Shown here: positions 56,501-64,000 of the stretch, piece by piece
Layout of the letters: each line of letters begins with the position of its first letter
Position numbering within the stretch: the stretch's first letter is position 1
DNA from: Promethearchaeota archaeon
GTDB taxonomy: Archaea > Asgardarchaeota > Lokiarchaeia > Sigyniarchaeales > SOKP01
Length of the DNA stretch: 64,000 bases
Reading direction: 5' to 3'
NCBI GenBank assembly: GCA_019894715.1
Contig: JAGXOA010000204.1
Coordinates: 51,179-115,178 of the forward strand
Notes under the pieces: model-generated
Told to the model about the DNA's origin: nothing
What the model saw: only the letters and a program-made list of their open reading frames with translations
Databases searched by the model: none
Program-made: the position numbers and the translations under genes

Positions 56501-57134
56501 TGCTTCTGGATTTATAAGATATTATGGAAATAGTGATTATTTAGCAATTGAATGGAATACAATGTATGAAATTGACGGTCTTAATATAGGAACTTTTCAA
56601 GTTGTTCTTAATAAATCTGGTGATATATTCTTTAATTATGATTATACTCAAAATACACATGTAGGATACACTTGTGGTCTCAATTTTGGATTGGATACCC
56701 GTTATTACAACAATTATGAAGATCTCTATTTTAGGAATGACTTTTCTTTAAGATTTACAAACGACACCACCTCACCTACATGGATTTCAGGATCAGGAAA
56801 TATAACTGCATATTATGGGGAAAATTTCATATATAATTTCAATGCACAAGACACAGGAGGTATAAGAAATTATTGGATTAGTGATTTAGAAAATTTTGAT
56901 ATAACCGAGTTAGGTGCTCTTTCTAATTATACAATTCTACAATTAAATGCATCATATTCCTTAGAAATTAGAGCATATGACTTTAGCGATAATTATAGTT
57001 CCATATCTATTATTGTCAATGTTAGAGAGAAACCCCAAGGGATTCCTGGATATCATATTGTTCTTTTAATAGGGATGATTGGATTTTCAATAATCCTAAT
57101 AACCTATTACAAACGTAAAAAATTTTTGATCTAA
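53532..57134 (+). CDS. Large secreted/anchored subtilisin-like serine protease (peptidase S8) with accessory domains
   Basis: 1200 aa with an N-terminal signal anchor. Catalytic triad contexts are AVLDTGIDDSH (Asp), HGSHCSGIAAG (His) and GTSMATPAVAG (Ser). A PPC-like domain follows (FDLFIYNDDP...GVYYIVVKAVSGEG), then a CARDB-like segment, a NIDO-like segment, and C-terminal GIPGYHIVLLIGMIGFSIILITYYKRKK. Confidence 0.85.
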   Translation: MNLFNLVLMAKFKSTTKTKLFLFVSIILIFIIPNISNATVNNYIKLENIQPSYYNPINLGEISAEKESWIDIFSDLDKNENGISDNLDNKLNELLQVGKTQKKLTSEEIINKIYNNDDIDNQITKESINIIIRFPESEFNDVISLFQQLGGNIKSMYSTIINGFAGNIAYEGLIEFSRLLKHDNIPFYIEEDAKGETTLYYTGLNMNVRPYVWNTLGYDGDEDGSIAVLDTGIDDSHNMHEGYSAGDFNNKIVGWQDFVGSGPTPYDDNGHGSHCSGIAAGDGSPKLDTSGRTVSSNGLALDLTGYTVPEQSLLETLMRFNVTEAGTIDVESQYYDYTPIDDVDVYAYIYYNGIMKASFETTNNTWTSNMSYSVPSNELGNYSVRILINFVDDNSDFDVDDANFGFRVRAQWPFNPPLLGSGDPWKGIAHDTHLVGVKVADTHGGVYTSDLVDAIYWVVSNRDVFHITTISISLGWDSSQTSIINACNYAVQNGIVVVVAGGNDGSGGYQITSPGDADKVITVAANNVKDEITEYSGEGGLSYTGATTKPDITAPGGSSSILQIFSTDTDDNDAEGIFYNDWFEDDLAGMQGTSMATPAVAGATNLLIEAMGGYNNWNYTEKEALKVKALLLMTATETYPLQREDYPGDSPLLNRGGKDVHEGYGRINIDMAIEAYTQNLDFISEKNVTISSSLINPFSKHGFACNAFLHKGANYTLELDIPSGSDFDLFIYNDDPTLVGDPIIEASSISSGIGVDESVEFIPTETGVYYIVVKAVSGEGEASLSFNQDTHDIVVSLFAPDTAYLADKFEITAAIGNTGTSDEVNIDFSTFFNNESLISQIIPSLQSGDNQLITFRWSPIEYGLNNLSVLSSNVAGEISLANNLQTQFVDVIRPLIFNYEMQENYPYNWISTAAGTELNMGDDDSDTIPLSFSFPFYNDTFTEVYICSNGYLSFTDSTPTDFTEDNLPSSDSDNSYLIAPFWTDLDPDNFASGFIRYYGNSDYLAIEWNTMYEIDGLNIGTFQVVLNKSGDIFFNYDYTQNTHVGYTCGLNFGLDTRYYNNYEDLYFRNDFSLRFTNDTTSPTWISGSGNITAYYGENFIYNFNAQDTGGIRNYWISDLENFDITELGALSNYTILQLNASYSLEIRAYDFSDNYSSISIIVNVREKPQGIPGYHIVLLIGMIGFSIILITYYKRKKFLI

Positions 57135-57153
57135 ACTTTTAATTAAAAATTTC

Positions 57154-57177
57154 TTTTTTTTTCTTTAATTTTTTTTT
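57154..57177 (+). terminator. Twin oligo-T tracts (T9 ... T9)
   Basis: Two 9-T runs (57154-57162 and 57169-57177) lie 20-43 nt after the protease stop codon. Confidence 0.45.
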
Positions 57178-57206
57178 ATTGTATTACTTTATTAGATATA
57201 TATATC

Positions 57207-58562
57207 TTGATCGAATCTCAACCTAAAAATTTAATAAAAAAATTATTTAAATTGCTTTACAGATTTTCTTCACAAGAATCAGGAATTTTTGATAAAGAGC
57301 AAAATGAAAATCCAATTATCTATCATTATTATTATGAAATTATTAGATATTGGAATAAAATCAATTTTATTATCAAAAAAAATCTAAGATATACTAACAA
57401 ATCGTTAAAATTAGAGCAAGATGATCTACCTATTTATTTTTATATAACTTATAGAGTAATTTGGGAAATTGCTTCTATATCTTCTATTTTGAAGGATCTA
57501 AATTTCTATTTTAAAAAAAAAAAAGAAGAAGAAATTTCAATAAAATCTTTTCTAAATGGATTAAAAACTTTTTCTCTTTCAAAAGCGCTAATAAATAAAG
57601 ATATAAAAGAAATATTAAGTATTAAACTCGCAATTCCTTCTTTTTTTATAGATAAATTATCGAATTATATGAATTTGGATTTCTTAAGAGAGAATCTGGA
57701 AGCTATGAATAACTTAAATAATCAAATGTACACTATATGGTTTAATCTAAATAAAATTGAAGAAAAAAATTTATATAATCAGGAATTTATCATTAACAAT
57801 CTACAACAAAAAGGAGTAAAAGTTTTAAAAGATGAGCAAATAAAATACCTTTTTCATGTAAATAATAGAAGAAAAATAATTGAAAGTGAATGGTTTAAAA
57901 GAGGATATCTCTCATTTCAAGATAAAGGCTCTTCAGCAGTTATTGAAATACTAAATGCTAGAGTAAATGAATATATATATGATATGTGTGCCGCTCCAGG
58001 AATGAAAACAAGTTTAATTGCCCAAAAATTAAATAATAAAGGCAAAATTATTGCTGTAGAATTTAATAGAGATAGAACCAAAAAATTAAGAAAGCTATTG
58101 AATCACCTGAATGTAAAAGGAGTTGATCTAATAATTGCAGATAGTATAGATGCTCCTTTTAAAGAAGATTTAAAGTTCGATAAAATCCTCTTAGATGCCC
58201 CATGCTCTGGAAGTGGAACTTTTAAATCAAACCCAGAATTAAAATGGCGCCAAAATTCAAGATTTCTAAATCAGAACATCATACTTCAAGAAAAATTAAT
58301 TGCTTCGGCAATTGAACTTTTAAAACCAGGAGGAATACTTGTATATTCAACATGTAGTCTATATGCTGAAGAAGGAGAATTACAAATAAGTAAGTTTTTA
58401 GATTATTTAGAACCTTTAAATTTACCCAAATGGCTCTCACCAAGTTATAAAGTTGGTAATAAAACTATTAAAGGAACAGGAAGATTATATCCCGCAAAAC
58501 ATAAAACTCAAGGTTTTTTTATAGGAAAATTCAAAAAATTAAATAATAATACCAAACATTAG
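57207..58562 (+). CDS. NOL1/NOP2/Sun-family RNA (cytosine-C5) methyltransferase
   Basis: 451 aa. FQDKGSSAV, DMCAAPGMKT, LLDAPCSGSGT (motif IV Cys) and VYSTCSL (motif VI Cys). TTG start. Confidence 0.85.
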   Translation: MIESQPKNLIKKLFKLLYRFSSQESGIFDKEQNENPIIYHYYYEIIRYWNKINFIIKKNLRYTNKSLKLEQDDLPIYFYITYRVIWEIASISSILKDLNFYFKKKKEEEISIKSFLNGLKTFSLSKALINKDIKEILSIKLAIPSFFIDKLSNYMNLDFLRENLEAMNNLNNQMYTIWFNLNKIEEKNLYNQEFIINNLQQKGVKVLKDEQIKYLFHVNNRRKIIESEWFKRGYLSFQDKGSSAVIEILNARVNEYIYDMCAAPGMKTSLIAQKLNNKGKIIAVEFNRDRTKKLRKLLNHLNVKGVDLIIADSIDAPFKEDLKFDKILLDAPCSGSGTFKSNPELKWRQNSRFLNQNIILQEKLIASAIELLKPGGILVYSTCSLYAEEGELQISKFLDYLEPLNLPKWLSPSYKVGNKTIKGTGRLYPAKHKTQGFFIGKFKKLNNNTKH

Positions 58563-58581
58563 GACTTAATCCATTACATAA

Positions 58582-59400
58582 ATGATTATAATGCAAAATA
58601 AAGAAAGATACTTAACAATAAGTCAGATAGATGCTACTATTGTAAAAGGACCGCATCAAAAGGAACTCGAAGATATTGGAAGAAAAATTGCTCCATTAAT
58701 TAGAGATATAAATTTAATAAAAATAAAAAACATCCTTTCGGAAGATTTAGGTGGTATTGTGGAAAATATTGGTTTAGATGAAGATTGGTCTATTACACTA
58801 GAATTTTTTCCAGAAGTAAAAATACACATATCATATTTCTTTTATGGTGATGAATTTGGAGATATTGAATCTGATCTGAAAATACTTTTTTCTGGAAAAC
58901 ATGTATCTTGGGTACCTGGTGAGGATTTAGCAACATATATTGATATCTTTATAGATTTTTTAAAAAGAAGAATAAAAAACTATGAACCTGTAAATCAAAA
59001 ATATGATAAAAAATCAGATTTATTGCTTAAAGTCTTTAAACAACGAAAATCCATATTCAAATTATTAGAAGATAAAGATATAATAGAATTAAAAAGTTTT
59101 TTAGATGCTGAAGTTATGAAAAATAGTTCACAATGGAGGATTAAAAAGGAAATATTTCCAGAAATAAATATTGTAATTTTATATTCCATAAGAGATGAGA
59201 AATTAGATATTTCATATTATGGTAAAAATCTAAAAAATATGGAAAGTTATCATATAGAATTGATTGCAATATTTATCATAAATCATATTTTAAGGTTTAT
59301 AACAATTAAAAATCAAGAAAAGAAATTACCTAATATTTGCTATATGATGTTTTCAAGGTTATTTTCAAAAGAAAAAGGTTGGGATTATAGAAATATATAA
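58582..59400 (+). CDS. Hypothetical protein
   Basis: 272-aa intact ORF 20 nt downstream of the RNA methyltransferase. No motif recognised. Confidence 0.45.
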   Translation: MIIMQNKERYLTISQIDATIVKGPHQKELEDIGRKIAPLIRDINLIKIKNILSEDLGGIVENIGLDEDWSITLEFFPEVKIHISYFFYGDEFGDIESDLKILFSGKHVSWVPGEDLATYIDIFIDFLKRRIKNYEPVNQKYDKKSDLLLKVFKQRKSIFKLLEDKDIIELKSFLDAEVMKNSSQWRIKKEIFPEINIVILYSIRDEKLDISYYGKNLKNMESYHIELIAIFIINHILRFITIKNQEKKLPNICYMMFSRLFSKEKGWDYRNI

Positions 59401-59480
59401 CTATCCTTAAAGAATCCTATTTTACCTATCCTAATCTAATTGTGCATTATCAAATAAAAAATAATTGTTTATTTAGAAAT

Positions 59481-60041
59481 TTAAATTGCTGTCCACAATT
59501 GAGCTCTACCTTTCTTCCCAGTACGTTTTATTTTACGATCACTTTCTAAATCTGAGATTAATTTCCATATTTCAGAATTAGTGAGCTTAAAATATTTTCT
59601 CAATTCTGGTGTAGACATTTCAGTATCATTTAGAATATTTGTTATTAATCTTTTGACTTCTTCAACTGTATCAACATCAGAACTTTTAGAAACACCTTCG
59701 ACATCTTCATCATCATCAGATTCCATCTCAACCATTATACGAGAAGCAATTTTATTTAGATTTTTTATATTTGTTTCGATTCCTCTTGGTTTCATAAAAA
59801 GACAACATAATTCTAAATCTTTTGGAAAAGCAACAACATAAAAATCATCATATAAAATAGCTCTTGGTTTTTTTCCTGCATTACCTCCACGAAATGATAA
59901 ATAAAAATTAACAGCAAAATCATCTAAATTAACAAAATCATTTATTTCATCATATTTTTTCTTCCATTTTAGAAAAGGTCCATTAATTAGATCAAAACCG
60001 ACTAAAGCTACAGAAAATAATTCTTTTTCATTAAAATTCAT
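59481..60041 (-). CDS. Longin-like N-domain + acidic linker + C-terminal winged-helix protein, coupled to the Arf-like GTPase
   Basis: 186 aa. ELFSVALVGFDLINGPFLKWKKKY...FAVNFYLSF...RAILYDDFYVVAFPKDLELCCLFMKP...NLNKIASRIMVEM has a beta-beta-alpha-beta-beta-beta-alpha pattern like uDENN/longin. Then comes DDDEDVEG, then TPELRKYFKLTNSEIWKLISDLESDRKIKRTGKKGRAQLWTAI (wHTH-like). Its ATG overlaps the GTPase stop as ATGA (60038-60041). Confidence 0.55.
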   Translation of the reverse strand: MNFNEKELFSVALVGFDLINGPFLKWKKKYDEINDFVNLDDFAVNFYLSFRGGNAGKKPRAILYDDFYVVAFPKDLELCCLFMKPRGIETNIKNLNKIASRIMVEMESDDDEDVEGVSKSSDVDTVEEVKRLITNILNDTEMSTPELRKYFKLTNSEIWKLISDLESDRKIKRTGKKGRAQLWTAI

Positions 60042-60586
60042 TTCATTAACCTCTTTCTTTTTATTACTTTATTTAGTTCTTTTTCAATTATTTGCATTAA
60101 TTGCATTCGATCTTCAGAACTAATCGCAGTTAAGCCAATAGTTCTTGTATGGAGTACATCTTGTACTCTTTTAAAGTTCATTCTTCCATCTTTTTTACAT
60201 AAATCTTGTTTATTTGCAATTGCAATTATAGGACAATCATCAATCATAATATTTTTTGCCTCATCAATAAGTTGTCTTGAATTTAAAACATTTTTGGGAG
60301 TAGAATCAGTTACAACAAATATTAGATCTGAACCGACAACAAAATCTTTTAAATATGTTTTGATATACTGAGTTTGACCCCCAAAATCCCAGACCTTTAA
60401 ATTAAATCCCCCAAATTCAACCGTTCTTAGATCAAATCCTGCAGTTGGCACATATTTCTTTGTTATCTCTTTTTGAGCTAACATTTTAACCATAGTCGTT
60501 TTACCTACTGCTGGAAATCCAATAATAGATACTTTAATTGTATCATTAAGATAAGATGTTTTTAGCATGATTGAGTTTATATGCAT
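60038..60586 (-). CDS. Arf/Arl-like small GTPase
   Basis: 182 aa. G1 GFPAVGKTT, G2 T in PTAGFD, G3 WDFGGQ (Arf-type WDxGGQ), G4 ANKQDL. Confidence 0.75.
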   Translation of the reverse strand: MHINSIMLKTSYLNDTIKVSIIGFPAVGKTTMVKMLAQKEITKKYVPTAGFDLRTVEFGGFNLKVWDFGGQTQYIKTYLKDFVVGSDLIFVVTDSTPKNVLNSRQLIDEAKNIMIDDCPIIAIANKQDLCKKDGRMNFKRVQDVLHTRTIGLTAISSEDRMQLMQIIEKELNKVIKRKRLMK

Positions 60587-60758
60587 TTATGTAGTTAATA
60601 GAAGTACTATATTTTAAAATAAAAAAAAAGTGTAATACCTTGGTGATATCCAAATCTTACATATTTAGATTTTCTCGATTACTATTATTCAAATATGAGA
60701 ATAACAACTTTTTATTGAGAAAAATTAAAAAGTTTTAAGATATAAATAATCAATATCT

Positions 60759-61574
60759 ATGGAAAATAATAATCAGAGAAATTTAGAAATAAGTTTTAAA
60801 GAAATAATTATAGATGGATTAAAATTATTCAAAAAAACCTATACTAAAATAATTCCTATTTTTCTATTGTTTAGTGTTATAAGTATTATTTTTAAAGTAT
60901 TTTCCTTAACTGAAATTAATTATAAATTAGCAATATTAACCGAATCGTCAGAACAAAATAGTCCTGAATTTATCTTATTGTATATTGGGGCTATTTTTAT
61001 AGAATTTATAATAGTCAACTTCTTTCTAAATTTATCCTTATCAATAGTCTCTCTTTACTTATATAAAATCCATAACCAACAAGAAGGTGATTATAAAAAA
61101 GATCTTAAAGAAACAATAAATAAAAGACTCATTTTAATTCTTTTTGTCTTGGCAGTTGTTGTTCCTTTTGCCTTTATATTGATTATTCCTGGATTACTGA
61201 TCTATGGATATTATATTTTTTCAATTTTTACAAATAATCTTCCAGAAATAAAAAAACCACTTTCAAAAGCAAAAAATATCTCTGGAGGTAATCTTCGGAG
61301 AATTATTATAATTTTTTTAATAGGATTTTTAATTATATTCTCTGGAAATTTTATTAGTAATTTATTTTTTATAGATATCTATAGATCATTAATAATTTCG
61401 AGAAATTATGGGATGTTATTTCTTTATTATAGCTCATGTAATCTTCTTGGGATTATTTTATCTCCACTCATTATTTCATTACTAACTTCTTTATTCTCTT
61501 CTTGCTTTAAATCATATAAAAAAGAATTAAAACAACAAAAACCTATTCGAAATAAAGACTATTCTAAAAGATAA
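60759..61574 (+). CDS. Hypothetical multi-pass membrane protein
   Basis: 271 aa with about 6 hydrophobic helices. No family motif recognised. Confidence 0.5.
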   Translation: MENNNQRNLEISFKEIIIDGLKLFKKTYTKIIPIFLLFSVISIIFKVFSLTEINYKLAILTESSEQNSPEFILLYIGAIFIEFIIVNFFLNLSLSIVSLYLYKIHNQQEGDYKKDLKETINKRLILILFVLAVVVPFAFILIIPGLLIYGYYIFSIFTNNLPEIKKPLSKAKNISGGNLRRIIIIFLIGFLIIFSGNFISNLFFIDIYRSLIISRNYGMLFLYYSSCNLLGIILSPLIISLLTSLFSSCFKSYKKELKQQKPIRNKDYSKR

Positions 61575-61705
61575 TAGAATTATTTATTAATTTATAAGAG
61601 ATGAATTAATGGACTAATTAATTTAAAAAATTAATAAATAAATTAAAGAATTTTCTTTTTAATTCAGATAAAAATATATTATTGATTTAATTTAATGGAT
61701 TTGAG

Positions 61706-62497
61706 ATGAAGATAGAATTCGAGAAGAAATTTGAATTAAATAAGGATGACATATCTAATCCTGTCATTTTAATTGGGTGGCCGGGAATTGCGTTAGTAGG
61801 GAAATTAGCTATTAGTTCCATTAAGGATTCAATCGAAGCACAATTATTATATGATATAAAATATTATGATTTTCCTCCAAAAAGTTATGTAGAAAATGGC
61901 TTTTTAGGTATTCCTACTGCTAAGCTCTACTATAAAAAAAGAGAATCAGGAGATATTTTTATTTTGACTGGAGATTACCAACCTCAAACACCTGAAGGTG
62001 TTTTTGATTTTTCTCAAAAATTTTGTGAAAAAATGAAAGAATTGACAGATAATAAAATCAGCATGTATATTAGCACGGGAGCTATGGTTTCAGATAAAAT
62101 AATTGATAAAAAGATTCCAGATACTTATGTTTGTGGAACAGATGAAAAAATTGTTGATTCATTTTTAGAATATGATAATACTCTTATAATGGAGAATGGT
62201 GTAATCGCAGGAGCAAATGGAATCTTACCCGCTTGGGCAGGAAATAATGGTTTTGCCCCAGGAATATGTTTATTAGCGGAGACACTACCTTTACAGATGA
62301 TAAATGTAGATCCAAAAGCATCAAAAGCTTTAGTAACTTTATTAAAAGATTATTTTAAACTTGAAATGGATTATTCAGAATTAGATAAACAAATTAAAGA
62401 TATGGAAGAAATGCTTGAAAAATTTAGAGCCCAAACAAATTATTTTCCAAATGATGTTCCACACAGTAAAGAACATGAAGATTCTTATTTTCGCTAG
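61706..62497 (+). CDS. PAC2-family protein (proteasome assembly chaperone-like, PbaA/PbaB type)
   Basis: 263 aa. PVILIGWPGIALVGKLAISSI, FILTGDYQP and GVIAGANGILPAWAG fit the PAC2/COG1938 pattern, followed by a C-terminal helical tail. Confidence 0.6.
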   Translation: MKIEFEKKFELNKDDISNPVILIGWPGIALVGKLAISSIKDSIEAQLLYDIKYYDFPPKSYVENGFLGIPTAKLYYKKRESGDIFILTGDYQPQTPEGVFDFSQKFCEKMKELTDNKISMYISTGAMVSDKIIDKKIPDTYVCGTDEKIVDSFLEYDNTLIMENGVIAGANGILPAWAGNNGFAPGICLLAETLPLQMINVDPKASKALVTLLKDYFKLEMDYSELDKQIKDMEEMLEKFRAQTNYFPNDVPHSKEHEDSYFR

Positions 62498-62552
62498 GAC
62501 CTTTATTGATAATAAATAATAGATAATTTATTCTTAAAAGAGCATCTACTTT

Positions 62553-63422
62553 TTAGAGAAAACTACAATTCTTTATAATTTCTTCAGATTGCTCTATGAT
62601 ACTATTTTTAATAAAATCTTCAATTGATATTATTTTTTCACAATGCCCTGCGGCCATTGATGCATCTAGTGATTCTTTTAGAGCATAGTGAAATACTTTC
62701 TTATGGAACTTATCATCAAATATATTTTGTCTTATTATTTTTTTTTTCCAATAATCTGAAGCAAGACTCTCTTTTGTTGGAATAATTGCAGTTCCAAAAC
62801 AGACAGCTTCAGCGCCCATAAAAAGTGCTCCTAAAAAGCCTCTTGCATCACCAATTCCACCTGCAGCTATAATAGGTATATTTAAAAGCTTTTTAGCCAT
62901 AGTTAGATTTACAAGGGTTGTGTTTTGATATGGATTTTTAAATCCAGTTCCTTCAAGACCAACAAGAGTTATGGCATCTACTCCAGCTTTTTCTGCTGAT
63001 TTAGCATGTTTAATTGTGGAACATTTATGAAACCAATAACATTCAGCATCCTGAATTCTTTCGCCAATCTTTTTTGCATTATAAGCTGAAGTTGTGAAGA
63101 TTTTTACACCTTCATCAATTGCTATATTTAAGAATTGCAAATAAGAATCTTCATCTCTTCCAAGATTTTTCCCTTGCTTATTAGAAATAGGAGGTGATAT
63201 TGTAAAATTAATCCCCCATGGTTTATTTGTCAATTCTTTAACTTTTTTGATTTCTTCTGTGAATTCTTCAATAGTTTTAAAATTTATAGCTGTCAATATA
63301 CCTAATCCTCCTGCATTTGAAAATGCAGCAGTGAATTCAGCCTTTCCAATTATAGCAAAAGCACCCATAATAATTGGATACTCTATATTAGTCATTTCGG
63401 TTATTTTTGTTTGCCATTTCAT
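62553..63422 (-). CDS. Nitronate monooxygenase / FabK-like FMN oxidoreductase (NMO family)
   Basis: 289 aa. YPIIMGAFAIIGKAEFTAAFSNAGGLGIL and PIIAAGGIGDARGFLGALFMGAEAVCFGT. Confidence 0.75.
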   Translation of the reverse strand: MKWQTKITEMTNIEYPIIMGAFAIIGKAEFTAAFSNAGGLGILTAINFKTIEEFTEEIKKVKELTNKPWGINFTISPPISNKQGKNLGRDEDSYLQFLNIAIDEGVKIFTTSAYNAKKIGERIQDAECYWFHKCSTIKHAKSAEKAGVDAITLVGLEGTGFKNPYQNTTLVNLTMAKKLLNIPIIAAGGIGDARGFLGALFMGAEAVCFGTAIIPTKESLASDYWKKKIIRQNIFDDKFHKKVFHYALKESLDASMAAGHCEKIISIEDFIKNSIIEQSEEIIKNCSFL

Positions 63423-63707
63423 GTTTTAAATTCCTTCTTTGTTAGATTTTTTAAATAAAATCAACTCCAATAGGGAGATTTTTATTGGTATATTAAATTA
63501 TTAAATAGTTATACATAAAATCCTTCTTTTACCTTCTAATAAATGATAACTAACTATTATAAATTTTGAATTTAGACATATGTAATCGGATTTTGATTAA
63601 ATTATCAAAATTTTGAAGTTTTTAATTTAAGAAACAAAAAATATATAGTATTCGTTAATTATCTAATTTTAGACTATTGAACTTAAAATAATTTAATCTC
63701 TAAGACC

Positions 63708-64000
63708 TTGTTGAATGAAAAAAAAAACGTAGGAAATATAATTAAATTAAATGATAATTTCTGTAATCTAAATCAAAAATCGAGGAATTATATCAAAGAT
63801 ATACTAAAGATAATAACGAGAGTAATAGGCTTTAGATATATATGTAGTATTATTGTATTTGGTAGCCAAATAATTGGTATAGAAGAAGATTCGCCTGTTT
63901 CTGATTGTGATCTATTAATAATTTTTTATGACAATACACCTAAAAAGAACCTAAAGATATTAGAGAAATATTTACTTTCATTAGAAATAAAACATGAATA
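63708..64000 (+). CDS. Nucleotidyltransferase-domain protein (minimal NTase fold), N-terminal fragment; 3' end outside window
   Basis: Open frame from TTG 63708/63711 to the window end. IVFGSQIIGIEEDSPVSDCDLLIIF is the GS-x(n)-DxD NTase signature. Absent from the track because no stop lies in the window. Confidence 0.55.
   Translation, partial: MLNEKKNVGNIIKLNDNFCNLNQKSRNYIKDILKIITRVIGFRYICSIIVFGSQIIGIEEDSPVSDCDLLIIFYDNTPKKNLKILEKYLLSLEIKHE

Noticed and set aside
1-64000. Search for CRISPR arrays, rRNA genes, IS elements, integrases and long terminal or inverted repeats.
   Set aside because: I noticed no regularly spaced direct repeats, no rRNA-like conserved blocks and no transposase or integrase motifs (DDE, tyrosine or serine recombinase) in any ORF. 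The only RNA gene found is tRNA-Leu at 35893-35978.

Overview
This is a very AT-rich, densely packed archaeal chromosome segment with about 60 protein genes on both strands and one tRNA-Leu(CAG). I saw no rRNA, CRISPR array, transposase or integrase.

Housekeeping content falls into two large functional blocks:
- **Mevalonate locus (2.1-8.8 kb):** an archaeal-type lower mevalonate pathway. It holds a UbiD-like decarboxylase, aconitase-X large and small subunits, mevalonate kinase, a fused isopentenyl-phosphate kinase/type-2 IPP isomerase, and UbiX. A GGPP synthase lies at 15-16 kb.
- **Tungstate/molybdate block (40.5-48.8 kb):** tupABC, moaC, moaA, moaD, moaE, moeA, moaB, moeA.
- **Other recognisable genes:** hisB, citramalate synthase, an ACT/UPF0210 pair, a NOL1/NOP2/Sun RNA methyltransferase, Nre, a PAC2-like protein and an NMO-family oxidoreductase.

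Interspersed are many eukaryote-like signature proteins: a Rag/Gtr1-like GTPase, a Roadblock-Rab-like fusion GTPase, an Arf-like GTPase coupled to a longin-winged-helix partner, and a two-domain gelsolin-like protein. By inference this makes an Asgard (Loki-type) archaeon the most likely source.

The most interesting observations are:
1. Two tandem paralogs join a 7-TM module to a C-terminal longin-like domain. They may be receptor-like partners for the small GTPases.
2. The mevalonate kinase frame is split by an exact 31-nt insert whose junctions fall in a bulge-helix-bulge-like fold.
3. Several clearly coding genes lack any canonical start codon. These are moaD (missing from the ORF track), the Rag-like GTPase (its P-loop lies upstream of the called start) and a VWA protein after a MoxR ATPase (an alternative reading is a -1 shift on a T5 run giving a ChlD-like fusion).
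4. Three tandem paralogs have an OB-like domain, two TM helices and a zinc ribbon.
5. Two translationally coupled proteins each combine a coiled coil with a C-terminal winged helix.
6. A 1200-aa S8 protease carries a NIDO-like module and a PGF-CTERM-like anchor.

All family calls rest on motif recognition by eye. No database search was run.
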